From NCBI GenBank assembly GCA_963754315.1, contig CAVWFS010000007.1, positions 704,001-768,000 of the forward strand: DNA of 64,000 nucleotides. The letters are read 5' to 3'. This DNA is from an uncultured Candidatus Rokubacteria bacterium. Lineage in GTDB: Bacteria > Methylomirabilota > Methylomirabilia > Rokubacteriales > CSP1-6. The notes beneath the pieces were generated by a model, which searched no databases, was not told the origin of the DNA, and saw only the letters and a list, made by a program, of their open reading frames with translations. This document shows, piece by piece, positions 31,079 through 40,866 of the stretch. Each line of letters starts with the position of its first letter. Within the stretch, counting starts at the first letter, position 1. The position numbers and the translations under genes are program-made.

Positions 31079-31084
31079 ATTATA
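31079..31084 (-). promoter_or_regulatory. Putative -10 element (TATAAT) for the SDR/enoyl-CoA hydratase/ABC operon
   Basis: Perfect TATAAT on the minus strand about 35 nt upstream of the ATG at 31043, in a GC-rich background. Confidence 0.5.
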
Positions 31085-31121
31085 GGCGAAGCTGGAGAGT
31101 CCTCACCCAAAGGATGACGAC

Positions 31122-32765
31122 ATGGCCAACACGATGACTGTCCTGAACCCGGTGGGTTTCGCACCCAAGGTGACGCGCAAGGAACTGGCCCCGCGTCTAT
31201 CCACGCTCGAGGGCAAGACGGTGTACCTGGTCGACTGCCGTTTCGACGATTCGGACGTCTTCCTGCGACAGATGCAAGCGTGGTTCACCGAGCACCTGCC
31301 CGGCGTGACGACCGTGGTAAAGCCGATCTCGAGTGTCTACCTCAACGACGATCCGACCACCTGGGAGGAGATCAAAGCCAAGGGGCACGCGGCGATTCTC
31401 GGTGTTGGCCACTGAAGTACCTGCGCGCCGGCGGTCGCCGCGCACGCCATGACCATCGAGACGAAGTACGGCATCCCCACGGTCGCCGTGCACACCGACA
31501 AGTTCGACAAGGTGGTCCGCTCGGTTGCGACGGTGAGCGGGATGCCCGGCCTCCGACAGGTGTTCGTTCCCCAACCCATCATGGGCAAGACGGCCGCTCA
31601 GCTGCGCGCGTACGTTGACGGTCAGGATCCCCTGAACGGGCGGCCAGTCATGCAGGAGGTCATCGAGGGATTGACACGCCCCCTGCAAGACCAGGAGCTC
31701 GACCCGATCCACTTCGACCGGTCGACCCCGCGCGTGCTTGAGGGGATGCCGCCCGAAGACCTCGAGCGTCTCTTCCTGGACAATCACTGGACGGATGGGC
31801 TACCGATCGTGCTCCCGACCGAGGAACGCGTGGCCGCCATGCTCGCGGGCACCCGTCGCCGGCCCGACGAGGTGGTCGGCCAGATGCGCTCGACGCACTT
31901 CCGCGAGTACTGGGCGTACACGGTCGAGAAGGTCGCGGTCAACGCGGTGATGGCAGGCGCCCGCCCCGCGTACTTCCCCGTGATCCTGGCCCTCGCCGCG
32001 ACCGGAGTGACCGCGCGCAGCAGCAGCTCCAGCGCCATGGCCAGCATGGCTGTGATCAATGGCCCCGTGCGTCGCGAGATCGGCATGAACGCGGGCACCG
32101 GCGCCATGGGACCGTACAGCCACGCCAACGCCACCATCGGACGCGCGTACGGCCTGCTCTCGCAAAATCTTCAGGGTGGCTCGGTCCCTGGGCTCAGCTA
32201 CATGGGCAACCAGGGAAACAACTATGCATACAACAGCGTCACCTTCGCCGAGAACGAGGAACGGAGTCCGTGGGAGCCCTTCCACGTCCAGCACGGTTTC
32301 GCCGCGGGCCAGAGCACGGTGAGCGTGTTCAGCGGCTGCCGGTCGACCGCGTTCACTCTTGGCCTGCGTGAAAAGCACTGGCGTGAGCATGTCGTCAACT
32401 TGCTCCGTGGCATAGATCCGAGCGTTCCCCCCACCCTGTTGCTCGATCCCATTACCGCGCGCCAGTTCATCGACCGAGGCGGCTTCACCAAGAAAGAGGC
32501 GCTCATCGACTGGCTCTACGAAGCTGCCCGCATGCCGGCCCGCGAGTACTGGGACTACCAGCTCGTCCAGAACTACATCTACCCGCGCGCCACCTTTGGG
32601 GAGGAACCTTGGGCCTCGAAGCTTCGCGCGGCGCCCGAGGATTTGATCCCCATGTTTCGACGCGAGGATATCCATGTGGTCGTGGTCGGTGGCGAGACGA
32701 ATGGGTACTGGCGCATCATGGGCTGCACGTATCAGAAGACGGGAGCCGTCGACGTCTGGCGGTAG
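31122..32765 (+). CDS. UGSC family selenoprotein (Sec at in-frame TGA 31413-31415, U-S-T-C motif), 547 aa
   Basis: ORFs 31122..31415 and 31449..32765 share one frame and are separated only by TGA: ILGVGH-U-STCAPAV...GIPTV. The C-terminal domain has WTDGLPIVLPTEERVAAML and ANATIGRA. Confidence 0.85.
31416..31444 (+). promoter_or_regulatory. Putative bacterial SECIS hairpin
   Basis: Lower stem TGCG/CGCA, upper stem CGGC/GCCG, apical loop GGTC (31433-31436) starting 18 nt after the TGA. Confidence 0.65.
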
Positions 32766-32801
32766 GGTCGCGAAGCTCGCGGGGACCGCACTCGGGCCCC
32801 T

Positions 32802-32852
32802 CCAGAAGCTCGGAGCGCCCCGAAGGTGCGCCGGGACGCTTCGAGCTTCTGG
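32802..32852. terminator. Long hairpin between convergent genes (possible bidirectional terminator)
   Basis: CCAGAAGCTCGGAGCG...CGCTTCGAGCTTCTGG inverted repeat, no U-tract. Confidence 0.5.
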
Positions 32853-32860
32853 GCAGATAC

Positions 32861-33460
32861 CTACTTCTTGGCAGCGAGGCCGAGGCGCTGCTCGAGGACG
32901 TTACGGACCTCGGACGCCGCCGCACGCCACAGCGGGCCACCGGCAGCCTCGTACTCGGTCTGAACCTGCTTGCGCATCTCGGCCATGGCGGCATCCTGCT
33001 GGTCCTTGGCCGCCACGTCGACCGTCTTGGCCCGGATCCCGAAGGTCTTGGCCGTCGCGGCGTGGGCCCGCTCGATCCAGCGCCCGATCTCGTTCCAGTC
33101 CTTGTCGAAGAAGACGACGACGGGAATGGACTGGTAACCATTGTTGAGGAAGGTGTCGCGCAGATCGGCGTTCTGGTCGCGGAAGAACACGCGCAGCTCG
33201 CAGTTGGGCATGGCTCCCGCAATGTGGGCGAGCAGCGGTGAGTTGCGATGGACGTCGCCGCACCAGTTCTCGGCGAGCATCAGTGCGTACCGCACCTGAG
33301 AGAGGCCGCCGAAGAACTTCTTTTCCTCGTCGGTCAGACCCGATCGATTATAGTTGTCCTCGGTGCGGGCGCGCGTATCGCCCATCTGAGCCATGTAGTC
33401 TTTCCAACTCAGGCCGGTGGAGAACCGCTGCGTGTCCAGGGGAATCTTCAGCTGAGCCAT
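32861..33460 (-). CDS. Thioredoxin family protein (monothiol WCGD type)
   Basis: LAENWCGDV, SIPVVVFFD and W.ER. Start placed at ATG 33460 after a GAGGAGA RBS. Confidence 0.85.
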   Translation of the reverse strand: MAQLKIPLDTQRFSTGLSWKDYMAQMGDTRARTEDNYNRSGLTDEEKKFFGGLSQVRYALMLAENWCGDVHRNSPLLAHIAGAMPNCELRVFFRDQNADLRDTFLNNGYQSIPVVVFFDKDWNEIGRWIERAHAATAKTFGIRAKTVDVAAKDQQDAAMAEMRKQVQTEYEAAGGPLWRAAASEVRNVLEQRLGLAAKK

Positions 33461-33563
33461 ATGCTTCTCTCCTCTCGTGAACTCGACCTTCGTTTCTTTT
33501 AAACATAAAACGGCCCCTCGCTCAAGTCGGGCCGCGTCGTGAGGTCGTGTATAGTACGGCCTC

Positions 33564-34613
33564 ATGAGCCATCCAGCCGGACCTCCGCGCTTCGTCACAT
33601 TGCCCGAGATTCGCCGTGCCGCCAAGCAGAAGGTACCCCGGGAAGTCTGGAACTTCGGCGCGGGAGGCGCGGAGACCGAAACGACCCTGCGCCGGAACCG
33701 CCGTCATCTCGGTCGTCTGGCTATTCAGCAGAACGTCCTTGTCGATGTCCGCACGATCGACCTTAGAACGAGCTTGCTGGGGGTTCCTCTCTCGTGGCCG
33801 GTCGCCGTTGCCCCCATGGGTGGCCTCGTCCTCTTCCATCCCGAGGGTGACGTCGAGATGGCGCGAGGGGCTGGCCGCGCCGATACCCTGCAGTGGCTGA
33901 GCGGTGCGACCGGATGGCCGGTTGAAGATGTCGCCAAAGCCGGCGGAGCTCCCCAGATGTTCCAGCTTTACCACCACGGTGACCGTGGCTGGGTGAGCGA
34001 GCTTCTCGCTCGCGTGGAGGCCTCCGGCTATAAGGCAGTGGCTCTCACCGTGGACACCCAGCTTTATGGTCGCCGCGAGCGCGACATTCTCGCTCGCTGG
34101 AGCCCGCGCAAGGCGATGGAGATCGCGCCCAACCCCCGCGGGCCGGATCCGGAGTATCAGGCCCGGCTCACCTGGGCCGATGTCGAATGGCTGATGAAGA
34201 CAACCCGGCTTCCCGTCGGCATCAAGGGCATCATGACCGTGCGCGACGCCCGCCGGGCAGTTGACATGGGCGTGCGACTCCTCTGGGTATCGAACCATGG
34301 CGGCCGACAGCTGGATCAGACGCAGTCGACGATCGACGCGCTCCCACCCATCGCAGATGCGGCGGCAGGCGCGGCCGAGATCGTGGTAGACGGCGGCTAT
34401 GCGCGCGGGACAGACGTGGTGAAAGGCTTGGCGCGTGGCGCGACCGTGGTGGCGGTTGGGCGCGCCGCACTGTGGGGCTTGGCCGCCGACGGCGCCGAAG
34501 GTGTCGCACGAGCCATGGCGATCTTGCGCGAGGAGATCATGACGACGATGGGTCTGTCGGGTCGCACGCGGATCGCCGAGCTCACGCCCGACCTGATCGT
34601 CAGAGCTGAATAG
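33564..34613 (+). CDS. FMN-dependent alpha-hydroxy acid oxidase/dehydrogenase
   Basis: GAGGAETE.TLRRN, LTVD, IKGI and SNHGGRQLD. Confidence 0.93.
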   Translation: MSHPAGPPRFVTLPEIRRAAKQKVPREVWNFGAGGAETETTLRRNRRHLGRLAIQQNVLVDVRTIDLRTSLLGVPLSWPVAVAPMGGLVLFHPEGDVEMARGAGRADTLQWLSGATGWPVEDVAKAGGAPQMFQLYHHGDRGWVSELLARVEASGYKAVALTVDTQLYGRRERDILARWSPRKAMEIAPNPRGPDPEYQARLTWADVEWLMKTTRLPVGIKGIMTVRDARRAVDMGVRLLWVSNHGGRQLDQTQSTIDALPPIADAAAGAAEIVVDGGYARGTDVVKGLARGATVVAVGRAALWGLAADGAEGVARAMAILREEIMTTMGLSGRTRIAELTPDLIVRAE

Positions 34614-34636
34614 TTGTAATGGGGGGGATCGTTTTA

Positions 34637-34789
34637 ATGGGGGGCCCCGACATGGCCCCCCATTCCCCCCACATACTCGGGGCACCGCGGGGAACCCGCG
34701 GCACCCCTCGGTCCTACGCTCGCTTCGGGGGCCCCGACATGGCCCCCCATTCCCCCAACGTTCGCCCCGTGGAACCCGGGGCACCCCTC
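34637..34789 (+). repeat. REP-like two-hairpin intergenic repeat, two tandem copies (34637-34710, 34727-34789)
   Basis: GGGGGCCCCGACATGGCCCCCCATTCCCCC occurs twice, each followed by a GC stem with a GAA loop and CCCCTC. Confidence 0.85.
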
Positions 34790-35406
34790 TAGGAGCGGCC
34801 GGCGAGAGCGGGGCTGGTTTCGCGGAAGACGGGATTGTCCGTGCGGTCGACCAGGGCCTCGCTGCCTTCAGTCGGAAGCATCTCGGCGTAGTTCTGGGCC
34901 CCGTCGATGTCGTGTTCCCAGACCTCTCGCGGCAGCTCGTACAGCACCTCGATACCGTGACCATCCGGATCGGAGATGTAGACGCTGTGGGTCATGCCGT
35001 GGTTCACGCGGCGATGGAAGGTCACGCCCTTGCTTTGCAGGAACGCGACCTGCTTGAGCCATGACTCGCGGTCGGGCCAGGCGATGGCCACGTGGTTCAT
35101 TCCCACGCGCCCTGGCATCAGCTCCCACTGCTGGCGATCCCCGGCGGCCGCCTCGGGGGGCACTTCGGCCAGGGCCAGGTCGTGATGACTCAGCTCGCCA
35201 TGCTCGTGGACACCGCTGTAGAAGCGCATCTTGGGCCGCTGCCGGCCCGGAATGGACTTCAGCTCGGCGACACATCGAAAGCCCATGATCTCGGTCCAGA
35301 ACTGGTGCGAGGTATCAAGGTTCCGCACGTTGAGGACGAGGTGGTTGACCCCGCGCGGCGCCTGGGCCTTGTCCGGGGCTGGACCCTGCGTATCGGTCTT
35401 CTGCAT
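34789..35406 (-). CDS. VOC (glyoxalase/dioxygenase) family protein
   Basis: GVNHLVLNV, HHDLAL, NHVAI and HSVYISDPDGHGIEV. Start placed at ATG 35406. Confidence 0.88.
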   Translation of the reverse strand: MQKTDTQGPAPDKAQAPRGVNHLVLNVRNLDTSHQFWTEIMGFRCVAELKSIPGRQRPKMRFYSGVHEHGELSHHDLALAEVPPEAAAGDRQQWELMPGRVGMNHVAIAWPDRESWLKQVAFLQSKGVTFHRRVNHGMTHSVYISDPDGHGIEVLYELPREVWEHDIDGAQNYAEMLPTEGSEALVDRTDNPVFRETSPALAGRS

Positions 35407-35479
35407 ATCGACCTCCCTATGGTTGCGATCCCCGATCGTGTGGCTTGCTCCAGACAATAGGCTCGCCCCTCGGCCCACG

Positions 35480-36451
35480 TCAAGCAAGCTCGGGGATGAC
35501 CCACCGGGGCTGGCGGCCGGCAGCGACGCGCTGGATGTTGTCGAAGCCGTTGCGAAACCGGGCCGTCCAGTTTTCCCAGGTCGGTCCCGCTGAATGCGGA
35601 GTCAGGGTGACGTTCGGCAGCGCGAAGAGGGGATGGTTCGGCGCCGGTGGCTCCTCGACCATCACGTCGAGCCCGGCCGCCGCGATCTGCCCTCCGGTCA
35701 GCGCTTTGTGCAGCGCGGTCTCGTCCACCACGGGTCCCCGGCACGTATTGATGAGAATCGCGGTCGGCTTCATCATGCCGAGCTCGCGCGGACCCAGCAT
35801 GTGACGGGTCGTATCGTCGAGCGGCACATGCAGGCTCACCACGTCCGACGTCCGCAGGAGCTCATCCAGCAGGACGAAGCGAACGGCCAGGGCATCCTCT
35901 TGGTCCTCGGTGAGGCGGGCGATGTCGTAGTACTGGACCGTCACGTCGAACGCAGCCGCGCGCCGGGCGACTTTCTTGCCGATGTTGCCGAGCCCCACGA
36001 TCCCCAGGGTCTTGCCGGCGAGCTCGTACACGCGCCCTTCTGCCAGGTTTCCGACGCGCCACTTGCCCGCCACCACGTCGTTGTGAAACCGGACCAGCCG
36101 CTTGAGGACGGCCAGCATCAGCATGATGGTGTGCTCGGCCACTGCGATCGCGTTGGCGCCGCCGTTGTTAGAGACGGGCACGCCGGCCTTGCGAGCAGCC
36201 TCCACATCGACGTGGTCGTACCCGGCGCTGAGGAGCTGCACCAGGCGGAGCTTCGGGGCGGCGCGGAAGAACTCGCCCCCCATGCGCCGGGCGAGGCCGA
36301 GGTAGTAGTCAGCCTCAGCGGCCGCCTGATAAAACTCGGGTGTGCCTATGTCGGCGACCACCAACTCGAATCCCGGCGGCGTCATGGATCGAGCCAGGTC
36401 GAGAATCACCTGGGGCTGTCCAGGGGCAAAAAGGATCTTGGCGGTCATCAC
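35480..36451 (-). CDS. D-isomer-specific 2-hydroxyacid dehydrogenase
   Basis: AGYDHVD, GIVGLGNIG, LINTCRG, GLDV..EP and TPHSAG. Confidence 0.93.
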   Translation of the reverse strand: MMTAKILFAPGQPQVILDLARSMTPPGFELVVADIGTPEFYQAAAEADYYLGLARRMGGEFFRAAPKLRLVQLLSAGYDHVDVEAARKAGVPVSNNGGANAIAVAEHTIMLMLAVLKRLVRFHNDVVAGKWRVGNLAEGRVYELAGKTLGIVGLGNIGKKVARRAAAFDVTVQYYDIARLTEDQEDALAVRFVLLDELLRTSDVVSLHVPLDDTTRHMLGPRELGMMKPTAILINTCRGPVVDETALHKALTGGQIAAAGLDVMVEEPPAPNHPLFALPNVTLTPHSAGPTWENWTARFRNGFDNIQRVAAGRQPRWVIPELA

Positions 36452-36467
36452 AAGCTCCTTCTCTCAC

Positions 36468-36809
36468 TCACTGTTGCGCCAGTGGAATGGTGGCGGTCAG
36501 GCAAGGCTTGTTGCCGTGGACTCGTGTGGTATGTCCTTGACCCGTGGTGTCCTCGACCAGTCGAGCGTCGCCGGGGCCGAAGATGTGCTTGGAGCCGTCG
36601 CCGAGGCCGATCTCGAGCTGACCGGAAAGGATGATCACGAACTGCCGCCGGGGAGCCGGATGCCAGTCGAGATAGCGCCCCACCGGGTCCTCGCGGAACG
36701 CGATCTGTGTTGTGGCCAGCCCCTTCGTCCACTCCGGTGTGCGCCCCAGATCGATCGGCTCCACGTGTGACTGCCCATCGGAGCCCGTGTACAGCCGGAA
36801 CGTTGCCAT
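36468..36809 (-). CDS. Small cupin-like protein
   Basis: LYTGSDGQSH, WHPAPRRQFVI.LSG and EDTTGQGH. Confidence 0.75.
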   Translation of the reverse strand: MATFRLYTGSDGQSHVEPIDLGRTPEWTKGLATTQIAFREDPVGRYLDWHPAPRRQFVIILSGQLEIGLGDGSKHIFGPGDARLVEDTTGQGHTTRVHGNKPCLTATIPLAQQ

Positions 36810-36971
36810 GGCGGCCTCCTGTCCCTGGTGTTCGGAACCGACGCGAATGCTAACACACGCCGAACGGAGGCCAGGAGGGTCGGCCAGGGCACGGAGAGCG
36901 GCTGCCTGGCCTCACAGGGTATGCTCGGAGGTCGGCAGCCAGGTGCTCGGTCACGAAAGGAGCCAACGACG

Positions 36972-37934
36972 ATGAAAGCGATCCGCGTCTCAGCTTACGG
37001 CGACCCCTCCGTCCTCAAGCTGGAGGAGACACCTACCCCACAGCCTGGTCCCGATCAGGTCCTCGTGAGAAACCGGGCCGTCGGCGTGAATCCGGTCGAT
37101 ACATATCTCCGGTCGAACACCGACAACCGCGGTCCCAAGCTCCCCTACACCCCGGGCTCCGACGCGGCCGGAGTCGTGGAGGCGGTCGGGCCTGGTGTCA
37201 CCGGGGTAAAGGCCGGCGATCGCGTCTACGTGGGCGGAACGGCAACGGGCGCTTACGCGGAGCTGTCGCTCTGCGCGCCGAGCCAGGTCCATCCGCTGCC
37301 GGCTGCAGTCACCTTCGCCCAGGGAGCGGCCGTGAACGTCCCCTACGCGACCGCCTTCCACGCCCTCTTCAACCGCGGCCACGCCCAGGCGGGTGAAACG
37401 CTCCTCGTCCACGGCGCCAGCGGGGGCGTTGGGATCGGCGCCGTTCAGTTGGCCCGAGCGCGAGGGCTCACGGTGTTCGGTACGGCCGGGACCGACCGCG
37501 GTCGGCGGCTGGTCCTCGAGCAGGGCGCCCATCACGTCCTCGACCACACCGCACCGAACTACCTGAAGGAGGTCACAGACCTCACAGGGGGGCGAGGCCC
37601 GGACATCATCCTGGAGATGCTCGCCAACGTGAACTTGCAGAATGACCTCGGAATCATCGCCATGCGCGGACGGATCGTGGTCGTTGGCAATCGTGGTGGG
37701 ATCGAGATCAACGCGCGACTGGCCATGAACAAGGACGCCGCTATCATCGGGATGGCGCTCGGCCACGCCACACCGCCTCAGCTGCTAGGAATCCACGCCG
37801 CCCTCGTGGAAGGGCTGCGCAACTCGACCTTGCGGCCGGTCATCGGCCAGGAGCTGCCTCTGGCGCAGGCATCACGAGCTCATCAAGCCGTGATGGAGCC
37901 CGGACACTACGGAAAGGTCGTGCTGGTGGTTTGA
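36972..37934 (+). CDS. NADPH:quinone reductase (zeta-crystallin-like MDR)
   Basis: VGVNPVD, PGSDAAGVV, HGASGGVG and GKVVL. Start placed at ATG 36972 after an AAGGAG RBS. Confidence 0.92.
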   Translation: MKAIRVSAYGDPSVLKLEETPTPQPGPDQVLVRNRAVGVNPVDTYLRSNTDNRGPKLPYTPGSDAAGVVEAVGPGVTGVKAGDRVYVGGTATGAYAELSLCAPSQVHPLPAAVTFAQGAAVNVPYATAFHALFNRGHAQAGETLLVHGASGGVGIGAVQLARARGLTVFGTAGTDRGRRLVLEQGAHHVLDHTAPNYLKEVTDLTGGRGPDIILEMLANVNLQNDLGIIAMRGRIVVVGNRGGIEINARLAMNKDAAIIGMALGHATPPQLLGIHAALVEGLRNSTLRPVIGQELPLAQASRAHQAVMEPGHYGKVVLVV

Positions 37935-37951
37935 GGGTCATCACGTGGAAT

Positions 37952-38023
37952 CGAGGGGCGCCCCGGGTTCCCCGGGGCGTCTCCGAGCGTCGGGGGGTTT
38001 GGGGGGCCGTCGAGGCCCCCCAT
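37952..38023 (-). repeat. REP-like two-hairpin intergenic repeat
   Basis: Reverse complement reads ATGGGGGGCCTCGACGGCCCCCCAAACCCCCCGACGCTCGG...GGGAACCC...CCCCTCG. Lies between convergent genes. Confidence 0.85.
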
Positions 38024-38032
38024 GTTCACGGT

Positions 38033-39184
38033 TCAGACATCCAAATGGTAGAGGCGGGCCACGTTCTCGCTGGTGATCTTGCGGCGCACGCGCTCGGGCA
38101 ACATACCCAGGTTCGCGTCGAGGTGGCGGCGCGATTCGGGCCAGATGCAATCCGGATGCGGGTAGTCGGCCCCCCAGATGATCGTGTCCTCACCGATCAG
38201 CGGAATAATCGGCTCCAGATACTGATCCTGCTGGTAGGTGACGTATCCCTGCCGCCGGAAATAGTCGCTCGGCTTCAGCGAGAAGCCCAGGGCGCGGGCC
38301 CGATCGTTATACTCGGTATCGAGCCGGTCGAACACGTACGGCAGCCACGTCACTCCGGACTCGCCGAGGACGAAATTGAAGTCAGGATACTTCTCACACG
38401 CGCCCGAGGCGATCAGGGATACCAGGACTTCCATGGTGTCGAGCTGGAAGAGGGCCGAGCGAACGAGCCGCCACTGCAGCATGTACTCCTGCTCCATCTG
38501 CGGCGTGTCGGGTGTCCGCAATCCCTTGAACCCGGTGGAATGAAACGAGATGGGGAAGTGGCACTCGGCCGCGGCCTCCCAGAGGGGGTACCAACCGTGA
38601 TGATAGAGAGGCGGGGTCATGCGCTTGAAGGCCAGGTCTCCGCCTCGCAACCCCATCTTGGCGCAGCGGCGCACCTCGGCGGCCGCGTCAGCAGGGTCAT
38701 TGTTGGGTACGATGGCCAGCGGGAAGACGCGGTTGGGATCGGAGCGCTTGGCAAAGTCGGCGGCCCAGTCGTTATAGATCTTGTTGGCCCAGGCCCGGCG
38801 CTCGCCGCTGTCGATGAGGTCGTTGATCATCAGGCAGCCGTAGACGATCTCCGCATCGAGGCCATCCCGGTCAAGGTCGGCCAAGCGCAGCTCGGGCGTT
38901 GTCGGGCGTGGCTGGGCCCCCGGACGGTTGTCCCATTCGAAGCCGATCTCTTTCATCTCGTCGATATGGCCGAACATGCCCTTCTGGTACTTGAGGAACC
39001 CCGGCCCCACGCCGTTCCACATCCCCTTGTCCTGAGCCTCGACGAACCAGTGCAGCCCATCCTCCAGCTCCTCGACGCGCGGCACGAGCAGCTTCCACTT
39101 GGCTGGAGCCAGCGACGACCAAAGATCGGAGGGCAAGTAGGTGAGATCGATGTGATTGTCGCCGGAAATCAGACGCTCTGGCAT
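38033..39184 (-). CDS. Amidohydrolase family protein (Amidohydro_2)
   Basis: ISGDNH, RLADLDRDG, ISFHS, GESGVTWLP and WGADYPHPD. Confidence 0.9.
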   Translation of the reverse strand: MPERLISGDNHIDLTYLPSDLWSSLAPAKWKLLVPRVEELEDGLHWFVEAQDKGMWNGVGPGFLKYQKGMFGHIDEMKEIGFEWDNRPGAQPRPTTPELRLADLDRDGLDAEIVYGCLMINDLIDSGERRAWANKIYNDWAADFAKRSDPNRVFPLAIVPNNDPADAAAEVRRCAKMGLRGGDLAFKRMTPPLYHHGWYPLWEAAAECHFPISFHSTGFKGLRTPDTPQMEQEYMLQWRLVRSALFQLDTMEVLVSLIASGACEKYPDFNFVLGESGVTWLPYVFDRLDTEYNDRARALGFSLKPSDYFRRQGYVTYQQDQYLEPIIPLIGEDTIIWGADYPHPDCIWPESRRHLDANLGMLPERVRRKITSENVARLYHLDV

Positions 39185-39360
39185 GGGGCACCCCTTTCGC
39201 TGAGGTGGACGAGTCGCGCACTCAAGATCCTACGCCCAATCCCAGCTCCGAGTCCATGGCGCCGGACGAGATTCCATCCTGGCTCACCCGGGATACGCTA
39301 TCCGGAACGCGACCGAACGTCCGGCGCGCCGCCCTCGAGCCTGACGAAAAGGAGCCACTC

Positions 39361-40107
39361 ATGCTGCGCCAGTGTCCCAACGGCGGCTATCGATTTCTTC
39401 CGGGCATCACGGCCTTTTCCTCCGGTGTCATCGCCACCGCAGGCTGGGAGATCGTCCATGCGACCTTGGGCGCGCCGTTGCCGTGGCGGGAGGGATTTGC
39501 GCGAATCGAGCGCCACCTCCGCCAGCACGGCCGACCGCGCGCCGCGCTGTGCGGAATCGAGCTGCGGAGCCCGGCACCGTTCACCTTCGAGGGGTTCGCC
39601 GCCTTTAACGACGGCTACCGCCGGCTATTGGCTGACTGGCAGATTCTCGTGGGCGACGACAACCCCATTCCCCGTACTAACGTTGCCCCGGTGTGGGCGG
39701 CCCCGGCCGAACCTGCGCTGTATGGCTTCGCCTACACCATGCCAGGCCTTACGCAAACTCCGACGTTCGTCGTAGCTGGGGCCGGTGAGATGCGCGACCG
39801 CGCCGAGGGCGCGGCGGGCATCATTCGTCACGGCGACACGACAGCGGACGCGATGCTGGAGAAGGCTCGGTTCGTGATGGGTGTCATGCAGAATCGGCTC
39901 CGCGCGCTCGGGGCGGAGTGGAGTCAGGTGACCACAATCGACGTCTACACGGCTCAGACCATGGGCGGGGCGCTCGTCCAGGAGATCCTCGCCCCCGCGG
40001 GGGCGGCGGCCATCCACGGTTTGCGCTGGTTCCCGAGTCGCCCCCCCATCAAGGGCCTCGAGTTCGAGGTGGACATGCGTGGGGTCGCGCGCGACGTTCT
40101 GCTCTGA
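39361..40107 (+). CDS. CnbZ-like (2-amino-5-chloromuconate deaminase-like, RidA/chorismatase fold) protein
   Basis: GGYRFLPG...SSGV, LCGIELRSPAPFT..GF..FN, NPIPRTNV and SRPP..GLEFEVD. GGAG RBS before ATG 39361. An upstream start at 39205 is possible. Confidence 0.65.
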   Translation: MLRQCPNGGYRFLPGITAFSSGVIATAGWEIVHATLGAPLPWREGFARIERHLRQHGRPRAALCGIELRSPAPFTFEGFAAFNDGYRRLLADWQILVGDDNPIPRTNVAPVWAAPAEPALYGFAYTMPGLTQTPTFVVAGAGEMRDRAEGAAGIIRHGDTTADAMLEKARFVMGVMQNRLRALGAEWSQVTTIDVYTAQTMGGALVQEILAPAGAAAIHGLRWFPSRPPIKGLEFEVDMRGVARDVLL

Positions 40108-40133
40108 AAGACGGCGCGCGCCGCTGGACGGTC

Positions 40134-40688
40134 TCAGTCCAGGCGACTCGGCGAGACGTGCCGGAGGGCCAGTTGCTGGGCGACCTGACGAATGTGCCCT
40201 TCAAGCCCCTTCAGCTGTTCCAGCATCTCCAGGTACACGGACGAGGCACGAGGTTCACAGACTCCTTCCAGTAGGCGCTGCTGGTGCGCCATGGCGTAAT
40301 CCTTCGCGAGCTGCGCGAACTGGATGCCGGAGCCGATGATATGACGCACTAGTACGCGGTTCTCGGTTACCAAGGCGTCGCGCAGACACTCCAGCAGTTC
40401 GATCCCTTTGTCGAACAGGCTGTTGATCTCGCGCATGGCCCGATCGGTGAACGGAACTTGCTCGTCCACCATCGCGCGTACGGTGGCCAGGAGCTCCAGG
40501 AGGCTTTTCACCGTTCCGGGTAGTGCGCCTTGCTCCAGGGCGTGACCGCGATACAGCTCCCTCATCAGGCGTTCGGCCGCGCTCAGCGGGCCACGGTCCT
40601 GACTCCGGAAGGCTTCCCAGCCGAGCTGGAGCAGCTCCACCGCGCATGTGCTGACTTCTCGAGAGGCTGGGACGGCGCCCGAACTCAT
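40134..40688 (-). CDS. Hypothetical protein with PhoU-like helical domain
   Basis: Helical protein. H..RL.EGVC.P.ASS.YL motif resembles the PhoU-like tail of Na/Pi cotransporters. Confidence 0.55.
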   Translation of the reverse strand: MSSGAVPASREVSTCAVELLQLGWEAFRSQDRGPLSAAERLMRELYRGHALEQGALPGTVKSLLELLATVRAMVDEQVPFTDRAMREINSLFDKGIELLECLRDALVTENRVLVRHIIGSGIQFAQLAKDYAMAHQQRLLEGVCEPRASSVYLEMLEQLKGLEGHIRQVAQQLALRHVSPSRLD

Positions 40689-40832
40689 GGTCCATCACCC
40701 CCGGGACGGAACCCTGGCTCAACGGACAGAAGGGCGAGGCACTCTTCGTGAATCGACTGCGGGGACATACTATTCCTTGCCGGTTGACGGCGCCGCACGC
40801 GGATTCGTTCGTAAGTGTAGAATTAATGGCCC

Positions 40833-40860
40833 TTGCCAGTCAACGCAACAGATGTATAGT
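40833..40860 (+). promoter_or_regulatory. Putative sigma70 promoter of the radical SAM gene
   Basis: TTGCCA-N16-TATAGT, ending 6 nt before GTG 40867. Confidence 0.55.
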
Positions 40861-40866
40861 AGTAGG

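Noticed and set aside
34637..34789. Tandem ~30-nt direct repeats as a mini CRISPR array
   Set aside because: Only two units, the 'spacers' are themselves conserved hairpins, the element is dispersed, and there are no cas genes.
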